The notes under the pieces: generated by a model
Database searches by the model: none
Told to the model about the DNA's origin: nothing
The model's input: only the letters and a program-made list of their open reading frames with translations
Part shown: in pieces, positions 39,115-48,519 of the stretch
Position numbering within the stretch: the stretch's first letter is position 1
How the letters are laid out: each line of letters begins with the position of its first letter
Made by a program: the position numbers and the translations under genes
Source: Candidatus Babeliales bacterium
Lineage (GTDB): Bacteria > Babelota > Babeliae > Babelales > JBFXEV01
NCBI GenBank assembly: GCA_050179755.1
Contig: JBFXEV010000001.1
Location: 1,161,994-1,225,993, forward strand
Reading direction: 5' to 3'
DNA length: 64,000 bases

Positions 39115-39708
39115 ATGGCAAAAAAAAGATCTTTACGAGAGTATCACAAAAAGAGAGATTTTGCCGTTTCGCCAGAACCTAAGGGTAAAGTAACCTCTAA
39201 AAGAAAATCTCCAATTTTTGTTATTCAAAAACATGATGCCACGAGTTTGCATTATGATGTACGCTTAGAAATCGATGGCGTGTTAGTTTCATGGGCTGTG
39301 CCAAAAGGGCCTTCATTAAATCCAGCAATTAAGCATTTGGCGGTGATGACAGAAGATCATCCTATGGACTATGCTGATTTTGAAGGTGTTATACCCAAAG
39401 GTGAATATGGTGCAGGTCCTGTGATGGTGTGGGATACAGGAACATATACAAATATTAAAACTAAGAATGGCAAATTAGTGCCTATGCATGAGTGCTTAAA
39501 GCAAGGGCATATTGAAGTGTTTTTGGAGGGCAGTAAAATTAACGGCGCATTTTCTTTAGTGAGAACACATTATCAAGATAATCCTAAAAATTGGTTGCTT
39601 ATAAAAATGAAAGATGAATTTTCAAGCGCCAAAAAGAATCCGGTTAATACGCAAAATAAATCAGTATTGACTGGTAGAAGCATGGCACAAATTAAAAAGG
39701 CAGGTTAA
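39115..39708 (+). CDS. Stand-alone LigD 3'-phosphoesterase (PE) domain protein
   Basis: FVIQKHDATSLHYDVRLE, SWAVPKGPS, EDHPMDY, YGAGPVMVWD; ATG 39115 with RBS. Confidence 0.93.
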   Translation: MAKKRSLREYHKKRDFAVSPEPKGKVTSKRKSPIFVIQKHDATSLHYDVRLEIDGVLVSWAVPKGPSLNPAIKHLAVMTEDHPMDYADFEGVIPKGEYGAGPVMVWDTGTYTNIKTKNGKLVPMHECLKQGHIEVFLEGSKINGAFSLVRTHYQDNPKNWLLIKMKDEFSSAKKNPVNTQNKSVLTGRSMAQIKKAG

Positions 39709-40436
39709 TGCGTATAACGTTTAGGGGAACTCGTGGCAATATTAAAGTGCGCTCAAAAGCGCATTATCGCCATACTGTGACCGAATTTGCATTTAGGAAT
39801 ACTAAGATTCTTATTGATTGCGGCCTTGATTGGTTATCACATGCCAAGAAATTGAGAGCAGACGCTTTGTTTGTTTCACACGCGCATCCTGATCATGTAG
39901 GCGGGCTTAAACGTGGTGTGCCATTTCCGGTGTATGCTACACAAGAAAGTTGGGATATTTTGGCAAATTATAAAATTGATGAACGTATTCTAATAAAGCC
40001 ACAACAGCCAATTTCTATTGGATCACTAATTGTTGAAGCTTTTTACGTAGAGCATTCATTTAATGCGCCAGCAATAGGTTATCGCATTAGTGCGGGCAAA
40101 ACTATTGTATTTTATGTTCCTGATGTTGCAAAAATTGTACATCCCCAAAAAGCATTATCTGGTGTGGATCTTTATATTGGTGACGGCGCAATAATTACAC
40201 GCACGTTATTGCTAAGAGAAAGCGACGGCATCATGCATGGTCATGCGCCTATTCTGGAGCAACTTGCGTGGTGCAAAAAGTATAAAGTGCCGCGCGCTAT
40301 TTTTACCCATTGCGGTACCGAGATAACTTTACAAGATTTTGGTAACATGCAAGAAATAATTCAAAAGCTTGGTGATGAATATGGCGTAGAAACGCAACTT
40401 GCATATGATGGATTAATTATCCCCAGATTATCTTGA
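39708..40436 (+). CDS. Metallo-beta-lactamase-fold hydrolase (PhnP/RNase Z/PqqB-like)
   Basis: LIDCG, SHAHPDHVGG, VEHS, GH, FTHCG; TAATG overlap with the upstream gene. Confidence 0.88.
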   Translation: MRITFRGTRGNIKVRSKAHYRHTVTEFAFRNTKILIDCGLDWLSHAKKLRADALFVSHAHPDHVGGLKRGVPFPVYATQESWDILANYKIDERILIKPQQPISIGSLIVEAFYVEHSFNAPAIGYRISAGKTIVFYVPDVAKIVHPQKALSGVDLYIGDGAIITRTLLLRESDGIMHGHAPILEQLAWCKKYKVPRAIFTHCGTEITLQDFGNMQEIIQKLGDEYGVETQLAYDGLIIPRLS

Positions 40437-41232
40437 TACAGTCGGCATTAGTTAGGTTTTCAAAATTATTTCTTATGCCTTTGCCGCGCAATATTTCAGC
40501 TACTTCAGGCGCTCGAGCGCGTAAAATGCCTGCTGAAAAATTTATTAAATCATTACCAAATTGTGTACCATTTCGAATTTCGTCAGGTGTTATTTTGAAA
40601 TAACAATATGATTTTAAAAGGGCAAGTAGATCGAGATGAGCTAAATGTTCTTGGAGAGCGTTGCGATTAAAAGTTGTCTTGGTGAATGTTGGCGGCAAAT
40701 CAGTCCAGATTACTGCGGTGTAATTATGAGCTTGCGCCCAAGCCATTATGCGCTGAAGCATTGGATTTTGTTGATAGTAGTTATCACCAATTTGTCCTTT
40801 CTTGACCTCAATTGCTCCCGTATTGCCATTAAAATCTTTTCTACGATACGTTCTATTTAGTAGATTGATATAGCCAATGTTATCTGCGATTGTGCCTTCA
40901 CGTTCGCGCAAAGCAGCTATGGCATCATTTACATTATTACCATTAAATGTAGCAAAATAAGATTTTAATTCGCGCGCATTGATGCCGGGAGCAACCACTA
41001 GTGTTAAACGTCCATCATTGCTTTTCCGTGCATACTCAATACGCATGCCGGGGCCTTGTTGGCCATTGGATTTAAATCCATCTCGTTCTTTCAGTGGCAA
41101 ATTTCCAGGATTTTCTACTAAGGACCCAAATGCTAATATTGCAATGCGTTGGCCTGGTGCGTCCATGGCATTGGTTATATGTGTTTGCAGAAAGATAAAA
41201 CTAATCAAGGTGATTAATAGTTTATTTTTCAT
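40417..41232 (-). CDS. Secreted protein with a gamma-glutamylcyclotransferase-like N-terminal motif
   Basis: Signal ending TNA|MD; ILAFGSL, R.S.DGRLTLV, LREREG. Confidence 0.6.
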   Translation of the reverse strand: MKNKLLITLISFIFLQTHITNAMDAPGQRIAILAFGSLVENPGNLPLKERDGFKSNGQQGPGMRIEYARKSNDGRLTLVVAPGINARELKSYFATFNGNNVNDAIAALREREGTIADNIGYINLLNRTYRRKDFNGNTGAIEVKKGQIGDNYYQQNPMLQRIMAWAQAHNYTAVIWTDLPPTFTKTTFNRNALQEHLAHLDLLALLKSYCYFKITPDEIRNGTQFGNDLINFSAGILRARAPEVAEILRGKGIRNNFENLTNADCIKIIWG

Positions 41233-41364
41233 GAATAATCCCTTCAAGATACTTTAAATATATGTATGGGTGAAAACCCCATGTTTTGAGGATATCATTT
41301 TTGAAAGGATGATCGCAATGGTTTTGTTTTGAGGGCGAATCTTGTGTTTGAAGTCTACATGACT

Positions 41365-42474
41365 TCAAACATATTTTCTGTTTTTTACGGCGTTACAAAT
41401 TAATCCTACCATAATCAAACTACCAACAAGCGCGGAGTTACCGTAACTGACAAACGGTAAACCAATTCCTTTGGTTGGTACCAATCCGCACGCAACGGCA
41501 ATATTAATTACCGCTTGCAAACTAATTAGCATTACAAAGCCAAGTGTAAGCAATGTAGCAAACATATCATTAAGCTGCCATGCAATGCGCATGCCAAAGT
41601 AGAGTAGCATTGCATAAAGCAAAATTAATATGGTTGCACCTACAAATCCCGTTTCTTCTGCAATAATGGAAAATATAAAATCAGTATGTTGCATAGGTAA
41701 ATAAAAGAATTTCTGTTTAGATTGTGCCACACCAATGCCAAGCCAGCTGCCAGAGCCAATTGCAATAAGCGATTGGATAATTTGGAATCCTGCTCCTTGA
41801 GGATCTTCCCATGGATTTAAAAAGGTGAGTATTCGCTGCCAACGATACGGCTTAAAATAAATAAGTGCTGCTACAACAGGAAGTGCAGCAAGTAAGGTAA
41901 TAAATAAATGCCATAAGTTTGCATGCACAATAAAGAGCATCAGAAAAGCTGTGGCGCTTAAAGTAACTGTCATACCAAAATCAGGTTGTTTAAGTAATAC
42001 GGCACTTGCCATTCCAACAATTATTAAGAATGTAAGATAGCGTTTGAGTGTTGGTGCTTTATAATGATGCGTATCAAGAAAGCGCGCTAAATAGAGTACA
42101 AAAGCCACTTTTAATAATTCACTCGGTTGAAAGCTAAAGCTGCCAAGTTGTAGCCAGCGGGCAGAGCCGTGTATGCGAGAACCTAAGGCAGGAACGAGCG
42201 TGAGTGCAGTAAGTGCAAGAGCGCTTATAAAAAGCAAGGGGCTTATGGATTTAATAAAAGAAAGCGGTATAGTGCGCGCCAACCAAAATGCAATAAGGCC
42301 AACCACAAGGCCAATAAGTTGTTTCTTTAAAAAATAATGAGGGCTTCCATGAAGTTCTAGAGCGGCAACGGAACTTGCCGAATAGATAAACAAAAGGCCA
42401 ATAATAACCAATGCAGTTACTATGCCCAAAAAGATATTTAAATCGGCTTGAAGCCGTTTCCGCTCTACAAACAT
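41365..42474 (-). CDS. ftsW: SEDS peptidoglycan glycosyltransferase FtsW
   Basis: GSARWL, FQPSELLK, QPDFG, HTDFIF, PTKGIGLPFVSYG. Confidence 0.93.
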   Translation of the reverse strand: MFVERKRLQADLNIFLGIVTALVIIGLLFIYSASSVAALELHGSPHYFLKKQLIGLVVGLIAFWLARTIPLSFIKSISPLLFISALALTALTLVPALGSRIHGSARWLQLGSFSFQPSELLKVAFVLYLARFLDTHHYKAPTLKRYLTFLIIVGMASAVLLKQPDFGMTVTLSATAFLMLFIVHANLWHLFITLLAALPVVAALIYFKPYRWQRILTFLNPWEDPQGAGFQIIQSLIAIGSGSWLGIGVAQSKQKFFYLPMQHTDFIFSIIAEETGFVGATILILLYAMLLYFGMRIAWQLNDMFATLLTLGFVMLISLQAVINIAVACGLVPTKGIGLPFVSYGNSALVGSLIMVGLICNAVKNRKYV

Positions 42475-42476
42475 GA

Positions 42477-42881
42477 TTACGAGATTACGACGTTTGCAAA
42501 ATATGTTTTTGCAGGAGTTCCATCTTCACGCCAATGTTGTTTATATACTAATTCAATGGCAGTAGTTCCTTTTTCAAGTGCGGTGAATGCCCATGTTTCA
42601 TACCCTGTAAGATCAGGCGTTACTCTATCAGCAGGTATTTCTTGGAATGACCGTTTTACTTCTTTTAGATGAGCGGTTTCAAGTGGCGTGCGATATGACC
42701 AGCCATAACCGCCAGTAGGGTTTGCAGGGAGACGAATTTGGAACGTTTGACCTACTTTTACTGGTATGGTGCCTTCAAGCGCCATTTCGGGTTTAGAATC
42801 TTCTTTTTTTGATTCTCCACAACCAGGGGCAACAAGCAAAAAGGCTGAAAATAACAATAAGGAAAGGGTTTTTTGATTCAT
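42477..42881 (-). CDS. Chagasin-family (I42) cysteine protease inhibitor, lipoprotein
   Basis: Lipobox-like APGC; LPANPTGGYGW and VYKQHW chagasin loops. Confidence 0.85.
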   Translation of the reverse strand: MNQKTLSLLLFSAFLLVAPGCGESKKEDSKPEMALEGTIPVKVGQTFQIRLPANPTGGYGWSYRTPLETAHLKEVKRSFQEIPADRVTPDLTGYETWAFTALEKGTTAIELVYKQHWREDGTPAKTYFANVVIS

Positions 42882-43063
42882 TTTGTTCTCTCGGTAGGTT
42901 TAGTAAGGTTAATAAGATTCTCCCCTGTAAGCGTAGTACAAGTTCCCTATTTTTGCAAATTGAACCTCTGGGATAGGTGAGGAATAAATGCAAGAGTTGA
43001 CAAATAGTCAATTTTATATATATTTATAGTAGAATTATTAAGTCTCATAAGGGGGTTTTTACT

Positions 43064-44590
43064 ATGAAATTCCATTCATACTTACCTGTTTTAGTAGTAT
43101 TCATAAGCGCTCATTTTATACTCAATGCAATGGAGCCAGAAACTCTTACTGTGCATACCAAGCGCTTTGGTAAGGCAATTAGCTTTACACGCCCTGCGCT
43201 TAGTGGTTTGGATCAAAAATTATGGCCGGTTGTCTTTTCAGGTTGTAGAGCAAAAAATGAAAGGCAACGAGCTGCAGTGGTAAGCATGTTAGAAAAATTA
43301 ATAACTCAAGGCGCTAATCTCAACGGTCAATATGTTATAACTAACGATGATGAAACTGCTGCACAAGTTGGTTTAGAGCAAGCTGGCTTTACACCGCTTG
43401 AATGTTCAATTGTGGCAGGTAATGTTCAATTTTCACGTGATTTGTTGAAGTTGGGTGCTCGTGTTGATGCTCCTTCTGATATGAATTCGGCGCTACATGC
43501 TGCAGCACTTAATAGTAATGCACGAGTTGTTCCAGAACTTCTTGCTCGTGGCGCAGATGTTAATTTCCGCGACATGTGGGGGCAATCAGCAATATTTAAT
43601 GCAGTTTACAATAAAGACCATGCAATCTTTGATGCGTTAGCTAAAGATCCCTCACTTGAATGTGATGTTCCTGATAATCATGGCCAAACAGCATTGCATT
43701 ATGCCGTATTAGTGCAGGATCCCTCTCTTGTTATGATTAGTAAATTGCTTGCGCGCGGCGCAAGTCCGCACAAAGAAGATCGCTTAGGGTGTTCTCCCCT
43801 TGGATACGCTCGCTTGGCAGGCAATAAGCCAGTTGTAGATATGCTTGAAGGTAAAGTAGCTCAAGATGGATGGCTTGCAGGAACGGTTACTGCAGATTCT
43901 TATAAAGCTAAGCAAAAAAAACGTGAAACTTCTGGTGCCAAGAGACAAACAAATAAATCAAAGAAAAAGGCTAATGAGTTAAAGAGATCAACTTCGGGTG
44001 TGCAAATTGAGCCGATTTCTCCTACTAAGAAAATTAGAGAAGCGTTGCAAGGGGTCACGCTTGGTTCACCGCGTGTTTTATTTAATCAAACTAGTGACGC
44101 AGTAGAAGAGGTAGAAACCTTACAACCAGAACAACATAACTTTATTGAGCTTACATTTGATGCGCGCGTAACAGATTGGTTTGATGAAACATTTTTAAAT
44201 GAAGAAAAAGAAAAGTCTACATCGCATTTGCAGCTTGCTCGTTCGATTTATTATCACCAAATTCCTCAAGACGTAATTCGTTGTGTAATGCAACATGGCA
44301 AGCGCGAACCTTATGAGAGTCAGACGCGCAAAGATAGTGGAACTACATGGTATTTAAGAGGCAACATGATATTCGAAAATGCTTATGAAAATCCATGGCA
44401 ACAAGGTAAAGGTAATCAGCCAGGTTGGTATCACTGCACCATGGATTCACGCGGCGTGATATATCATGTTGGTTTTGATGTTATAAAAGAAAGTGCGCCC
44501 TTGCTTTCTGCATTCTTGCCAAAAGGTATTACTAAAGAAGTTACTTATCCTGGTGCACTAGCAGGTATTAGCCATCAGTTTGTATTATAA
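43064..44590 (+). CDS. Ankyrin-repeat protein with Lys-rich linker and uncharacterised C-terminal domain
   Basis: Signal ending LNA|ME; GFTPLE, SALHAA, GQTALHYA, GCSPLGYA. Confidence 0.88.
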   Translation: MKFHSYLPVLVVFISAHFILNAMEPETLTVHTKRFGKAISFTRPALSGLDQKLWPVVFSGCRAKNERQRAAVVSMLEKLITQGANLNGQYVITNDDETAAQVGLEQAGFTPLECSIVAGNVQFSRDLLKLGARVDAPSDMNSALHAAALNSNARVVPELLARGADVNFRDMWGQSAIFNAVYNKDHAIFDALAKDPSLECDVPDNHGQTALHYAVLVQDPSLVMISKLLARGASPHKEDRLGCSPLGYARLAGNKPVVDMLEGKVAQDGWLAGTVTADSYKAKQKKRETSGAKRQTNKSKKKANELKRSTSGVQIEPISPTKKIREALQGVTLGSPRVLFNQTSDAVEEVETLQPEQHNFIELTFDARVTDWFDETFLNEEKEKSTSHLQLARSIYYHQIPQDVIRCVMQHGKREPYESQTRKDSGTTWYLRGNMIFENAYENPWQQGKGNQPGWYHCTMDSRGVIYHVGFDVIKESAPLLSAFLPKGITKEVTYPGALAGISHQFVL

Positions 44591-44612
44591 AATTTAATTA
44601 GTATAAAAGTGC

Positions 44613-44641
44613 AAATAGGCCTCAAACTCTGAGGCCTATTT
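44613..44641. terminator. Hairpin terminator
   Basis: AAATAGGCCTCA...TGAGGCCTATTT. Confidence 0.75.
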
Positions 44642-44742
44642 GTTTAGTACGGGATATGTAGGTCTGTACTCATATGTTAAGATTGAAAAATAAATGACTT
44701 ACGGTCATGCATCATTAGTTATGCCATAAATTAAATTATTGT

Positions 44743-46125
44743 CTACAAACGGTTCTGTACTAATTTTTTAAAACAGTTACCACGTTCTTCATAATGTTTA
44801 AATAAATCGTAGCTGGAGCCCCCAGGTGAAAGCAATACCGTATCACCTGCTGTTGCAATAGTGCACGCTTTTTCAAATGCTTCTTCAAGAGTTGCAGCGC
44901 TCGTGTAAGCGCGATCTGCAGTTTTGCACATATCGCCCAATGATTCGGCTTCTTTGCCAAAGCATATAACATGTGTAACGTTGTGAGGTAATTGTTGTAT
45001 ATAGGGTGTGCGATCTACGCCTTTACTTAAGCCTCCAAGTAATAATATAATTGGGCCTTTAACTTGCTCTACTGCAGCAAGCGTTGACTGGGCAATAGTG
45101 GCTTTTGAATCATTAATAAAGTGCACGCCATGCACGGTACCAATTAGTTCCATGCGATGTTCAAGCTCTTTAAAGCAGGGTGACGTGTGATAAATATCGC
45201 CTTTATCAAGAAGATTAAATCCTGCAAAACAAATTAACCAATTAATTGCTTGCGTGCCAATAAGTGCTTCGGGTAAATCAACAATTACTTTTATGGTGGT
45301 GCCATGTTTTTTAATAACTTGCGTGTCATGGTAATAAAAGAGTGTGCAGTGTTGTGGTAATAAACTTATTTGTGCAGTAGTAGGTTCGTGTAGGCTGAAA
45401 AAATTAAGATGCGCTTTGAGCGCAGGTAAGTAACCTTGTGCATGTAGCACAGGCAATAACTCAAGCGGCATGAGTGCGTGCTGGGTTTCTTTTTGATAGA
45501 GAAACAATTTCATCTTTGCAGCAAGATATTCTTCCATAGTCCCATGCCTATCCAGATGATTAGGATAGAGGTTAGTAAGAATGGCAACATCAGGAGCATA
45601 ACGTTTGTTATGTTCTAATTGAAAGCTAGAAAGTTCTACCACGCCAATTTCAGGATCTACTTGTTCATTAATCACCGGATCAATCCAATGAATTAATGCC
45701 AGCAATGGGGTGCCGATATTGCCTACCGCAATGCTATAGGTACTGTGCGCATTAAGCAAAGCATCAAGTTGCGTGGTTACCGTTGTTTTGCCAACAGTAC
45801 CGGTAATAGCAACTGTTGGCGTTGTCGCATAATGCGCGAATATGTCAACTTCTGCAAGCCATTTGTGAGCAAACTGCGCATGAGGGCGTAAATCAATGCC
45901 GGGGCTTGGTACAATATAATCATGTGATTCCAAAAAATGCAGTAAATCATTTTCATTTTTTTGGTGAATAAATTTGGCATTACTTTCTGACAAGAGTCCA
46001 AACTGTTCAGCCGTCATCGAATGTGCATCAAGCACGGTAATGTGCTTGCAATAGCGCGAAAGAAATTGCACTGCCGAGGTGCCAACGGCGCCAAATCCCC
46101 AAATGCCTAATTTTTTATTTTTCAT
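44743..46125 (-). CDS. murD: UDP-N-acetylmuramoyl-L-alanine--D-glutamate ligase
   Basis: SPGI, ITGTVGKTT, GNIG.P, ELSSFQLE, NHLDRH, EHRME, NDSKAT, LLSPG..SYD. Confidence 0.95.
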   Translation of the reverse strand: MKNKKLGIWGFGAVGTSAVQFLSRYCKHITVLDAHSMTAEQFGLLSESNAKFIHQKNENDLLHFLESHDYIVPSPGIDLRPHAQFAHKWLAEVDIFAHYATTPTVAITGTVGKTTVTTQLDALLNAHSTYSIAVGNIGTPLLALIHWIDPVINEQVDPEIGVVELSSFQLEHNKRYAPDVAILTNLYPNHLDRHGTMEEYLAAKMKLFLYQKETQHALMPLELLPVLHAQGYLPALKAHLNFFSLHEPTTAQISLLPQHCTLFYYHDTQVIKKHGTTIKVIVDLPEALIGTQAINWLICFAGFNLLDKGDIYHTSPCFKELEHRMELIGTVHGVHFINDSKATIAQSTLAAVEQVKGPIILLLGGLSKGVDRTPYIQQLPHNVTHVICFGKEAESLGDMCKTADRAYTSAATLEEAFEKACTIATAGDTVLLSPGGSSYDLFKHYEERGNCFKKLVQNRL

Positions 46126-46369
46126 AAAATATTCCAAGCTCTTTACATTTTAATGTTTTGTAAGTTCTTTTTTGAAAATGAGCTTTATCTGTTATTTAGT
46201 GTTATTAGTGTAGTTTTTTTAGAGGTAGTTGAAAAGGCTTAATTATGGCAAATCATATTGAGATGCTGTTTTTGGATTGTTTAGTTTTAAAAAATGAGTA
46301 CAATTGAGCTGATTCAAATTCCATAGTTTTTCTATACACCAGTTAGTTAGCTTTAACAAGGGATGTACT

Positions 46370-47644
46370 ATGTCTGTTCACAAATATATTCTTTTTTTTA
46401 TTTGTTTATTTGGTTCTCAATTAAATGCAGGATTTATTGCAGGGACTATTATCAAAACAACGCAAGGTTATATTCCCATTGAGATGATAGTAGAAGGTGA
46501 CCAAGTATGCTCTTACAATACTGAAAAGAATGTATTTGAATTCTATGCGGTTACGCATATAAATCAAAAGAAGGTGACTCATTTAAAAAGCATTGCGGTT
46601 GATCAAGCTATTATTATTACTGATACAGAACAGCAGTTTTATCTATGCAATGAAGAAAAATGGATCAATGCTTTAGATTTACAGCCTGGAATGCAACTGC
46701 AAAGTTATTTGAATAAAAAGTTATGCATTAGTGAGGTAAAAGATTTTTTTATTAATGCAATTATTTACGAATTGACAGTTGAATGTAATCATAATTTTTG
46801 TGTAACAACACATGAGCTTGTTGCGCATAATTTTGTAATCGCTATACCAATTTTGGTTTTTGGAAGTGGGAAAATAGCTTTGGCTACAGGAGCTTTTAAA
46901 GCATTTGTTCTTGGAGCTGGAACCGCGCTTGGTTATATTGCAATTTCTAAGATGATAGGAGCATCGTTAGATGAAAATATGGATCTTTCTCATGTAAATT
47001 TTGAATCTTCTGATCCATTTGCGCAGAAAGGCGGCATTTACGAAGTTGAGAAACAAACTCATGGACCGCGTGCTGGTCAAGGTTGCATCACAGGCGTGCA
47101 TGATACGTCTACTTCATTTCCTAAAAAGCCATGCGTACAACCGCTGAGTGGCACTACTGAGTTAACTTGCGGGACTGGCAATGAGAAATCACTCATTTAT
47201 GGAGATTATGTAGGAAAGCAATCAAGTGAAATATTGCCCCAAGATGCTGTATTTGAAAAGAGATGCATCATTTCTGATCCAAAGTTACTAAGTGAGCTTG
47301 AGCAAAAAGAAAATGGTTTTGCTGAATTGGACTTGAATGCAGTAAAAGAACAAGCCGCTTTGTACAAAAAGAATTCTCAACCAAAAGCACCAGACCCTAA
47401 TGGAGCGCAGGCGCCGGGCTTACCTGAAGAAAAACATGGTTTTGAGCCGCCAAAAAATTGGGACGGTAAAAAAGTAAGACACCCAGATAATGGAAGAATT
47501 GGTTGGCCAGATAAGTATGGTTATATATGGGTTCCGTCAGGACCGTTTGGGCATGGTGGTGCGCATTGGGATGTGCAAGATCCTGATGGTAGAAGTTATG
47601 ATAATGTTTATCCAAGCGGACATATTAGGCCAGGAAGAAAATAA
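46370..47644 (+). CDS. Polymorphic toxin: signal peptide, Hint (pretoxin) domain, hydrophobic segment and C-terminal toxin domain (Ntox37-like)
   Basis: LNA|GFIAGT...PIE...GD.V...IYELTVECNHNFCV...LVAHN|F; C-terminal GWPD..G.IWVP.G..GHGGAHWDVQ. Confidence 0.85.
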   Translation: MSVHKYILFFICLFGSQLNAGFIAGTIIKTTQGYIPIEMIVEGDQVCSYNTEKNVFEFYAVTHINQKKVTHLKSIAVDQAIIITDTEQQFYLCNEEKWINALDLQPGMQLQSYLNKKLCISEVKDFFINAIIYELTVECNHNFCVTTHELVAHNFVIAIPILVFGSGKIALATGAFKAFVLGAGTALGYIAISKMIGASLDENMDLSHVNFESSDPFAQKGGIYEVEKQTHGPRAGQGCITGVHDTSTSFPKKPCVQPLSGTTELTCGTGNEKSLIYGDYVGKQSSEILPQDAVFEKRCIISDPKLLSELEQKENGFAELDLNAVKEQAALYKKNSQPKAPDPNGAQAPGLPEEKHGFEPPKNWDGKKVRHPDNGRIGWPDKYGYIWVPSGPFGHGGAHWDVQDPDGRSYDNVYPSGHIRPGRK

Positions 47645-47653
47645 AGGAAAAAT

Positions 47654-47920
47654 ATGCAAGAAATTGTTTTGATATGTACACCGTTGAGATTTTATAGTCA
47701 AAATGATGAAGATTTAATGTTTGGATGGCTCGATAAAATTAAAAGTGTAACAAGTTATAAAGGCATTGGTCGTGAATTACATGTATATATAAAATCTAAA
47801 AATATACCTAAATTAGACTTATTAGAGCTGATGGGAATATTTGATAGATATAAATTTGATGCAAAGCAATTAGAAATTTTTAAGAATGAATCAAATCAGA
47901 AATGGTTTGAAGAGAATTAA
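47654..47920 (+). CDS. Probable cognate immunity protein
   Basis: 88-aa ORF 9 bp after the toxin stop, RBS AAGGA, no signal peptide. Confidence 0.7.
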   Translation: MQEIVLICTPLRFYSQNDEDLMFGWLDKIKSVTSYKGIGRELHVYIKSKNIPKLDLLELMGIFDRYKFDAKQLEIFKNESNQKWFEEN

Positions 47921-48046
47921 TTGTAAGTTTTCTAAATCTTGCATTGTTTAGCGCTTTTTTGTAGCACTCTTGCCTTTATTACCCATTTTTGGTTATGCTA
48001 AAAGTAAAGGGGGATGGCTTTAATACGCCATAAAAAGGTAATTATA

Positions 48047-48484
48047 ATGAACATCAAACAATTCTATACTATTATTGCATCTGTTTTAGCGCTTATTTCA
48101 TTGGGCATTATTAGCTCGTTAAGAGCGGTAAAGCTGGAAGATCCCACCAAATCTTTAGATTTTCGAGTGCGAGAATGTTTAAAAACCGACTATCCGGGCC
48201 AATGTGTGCGTAAGCGCGGGCTTATTGTGCCTGGTTTAACTCGTATTCACCGTTTTGTTATCTATGGCGGAGAATTAAACGTAAATAGGCGGCGCGAGAG
48301 TGGTTTGCCCAATGACGAGTATAGGCAGCTTGATGAAGACTTTTTGCAAGTAGTCATCTCTTCAGGTGCCCGCATTAATACCAAAGATAGTCTTGGCCTT
48401 ACTGCTCTAGATTATGCCCAAAAGAATAGCAATATGTTTGCTATTCTCAGGCGTGCCGGCGCAAAGCATAGCTCAGAACTCTGA
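48047..48484 (+). CDS. Small secreted protein with a C-terminal ankyrin repeat
   Basis: GARINTKDSLGLTALDYA...LRRAGA; start could also be 48014. Confidence 0.7.
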   Translation: MNIKQFYTIIASVLALISLGIISSLRAVKLEDPTKSLDFRVRECLKTDYPGQCVRKRGLIVPGLTRIHRFVIYGGELNVNRRRESGLPNDEYRQLDEDFLQVVISSGARINTKDSLGLTALDYAQKNSNMFAILRRAGAKHSSEL

Positions 48485-48519
48485 AATATAAGCAATAAGA
48501 GGCTATTCTTCCGCTTTAA

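Noticed and set aside
46430..46831. Hint domain as a true splicing intein or mobile element
   Set aside because: No Cys/Ser at position 1, Phe rather than Cys/Ser/Thr after HN, no homing endonuclease, and not inserted in a conserved host gene
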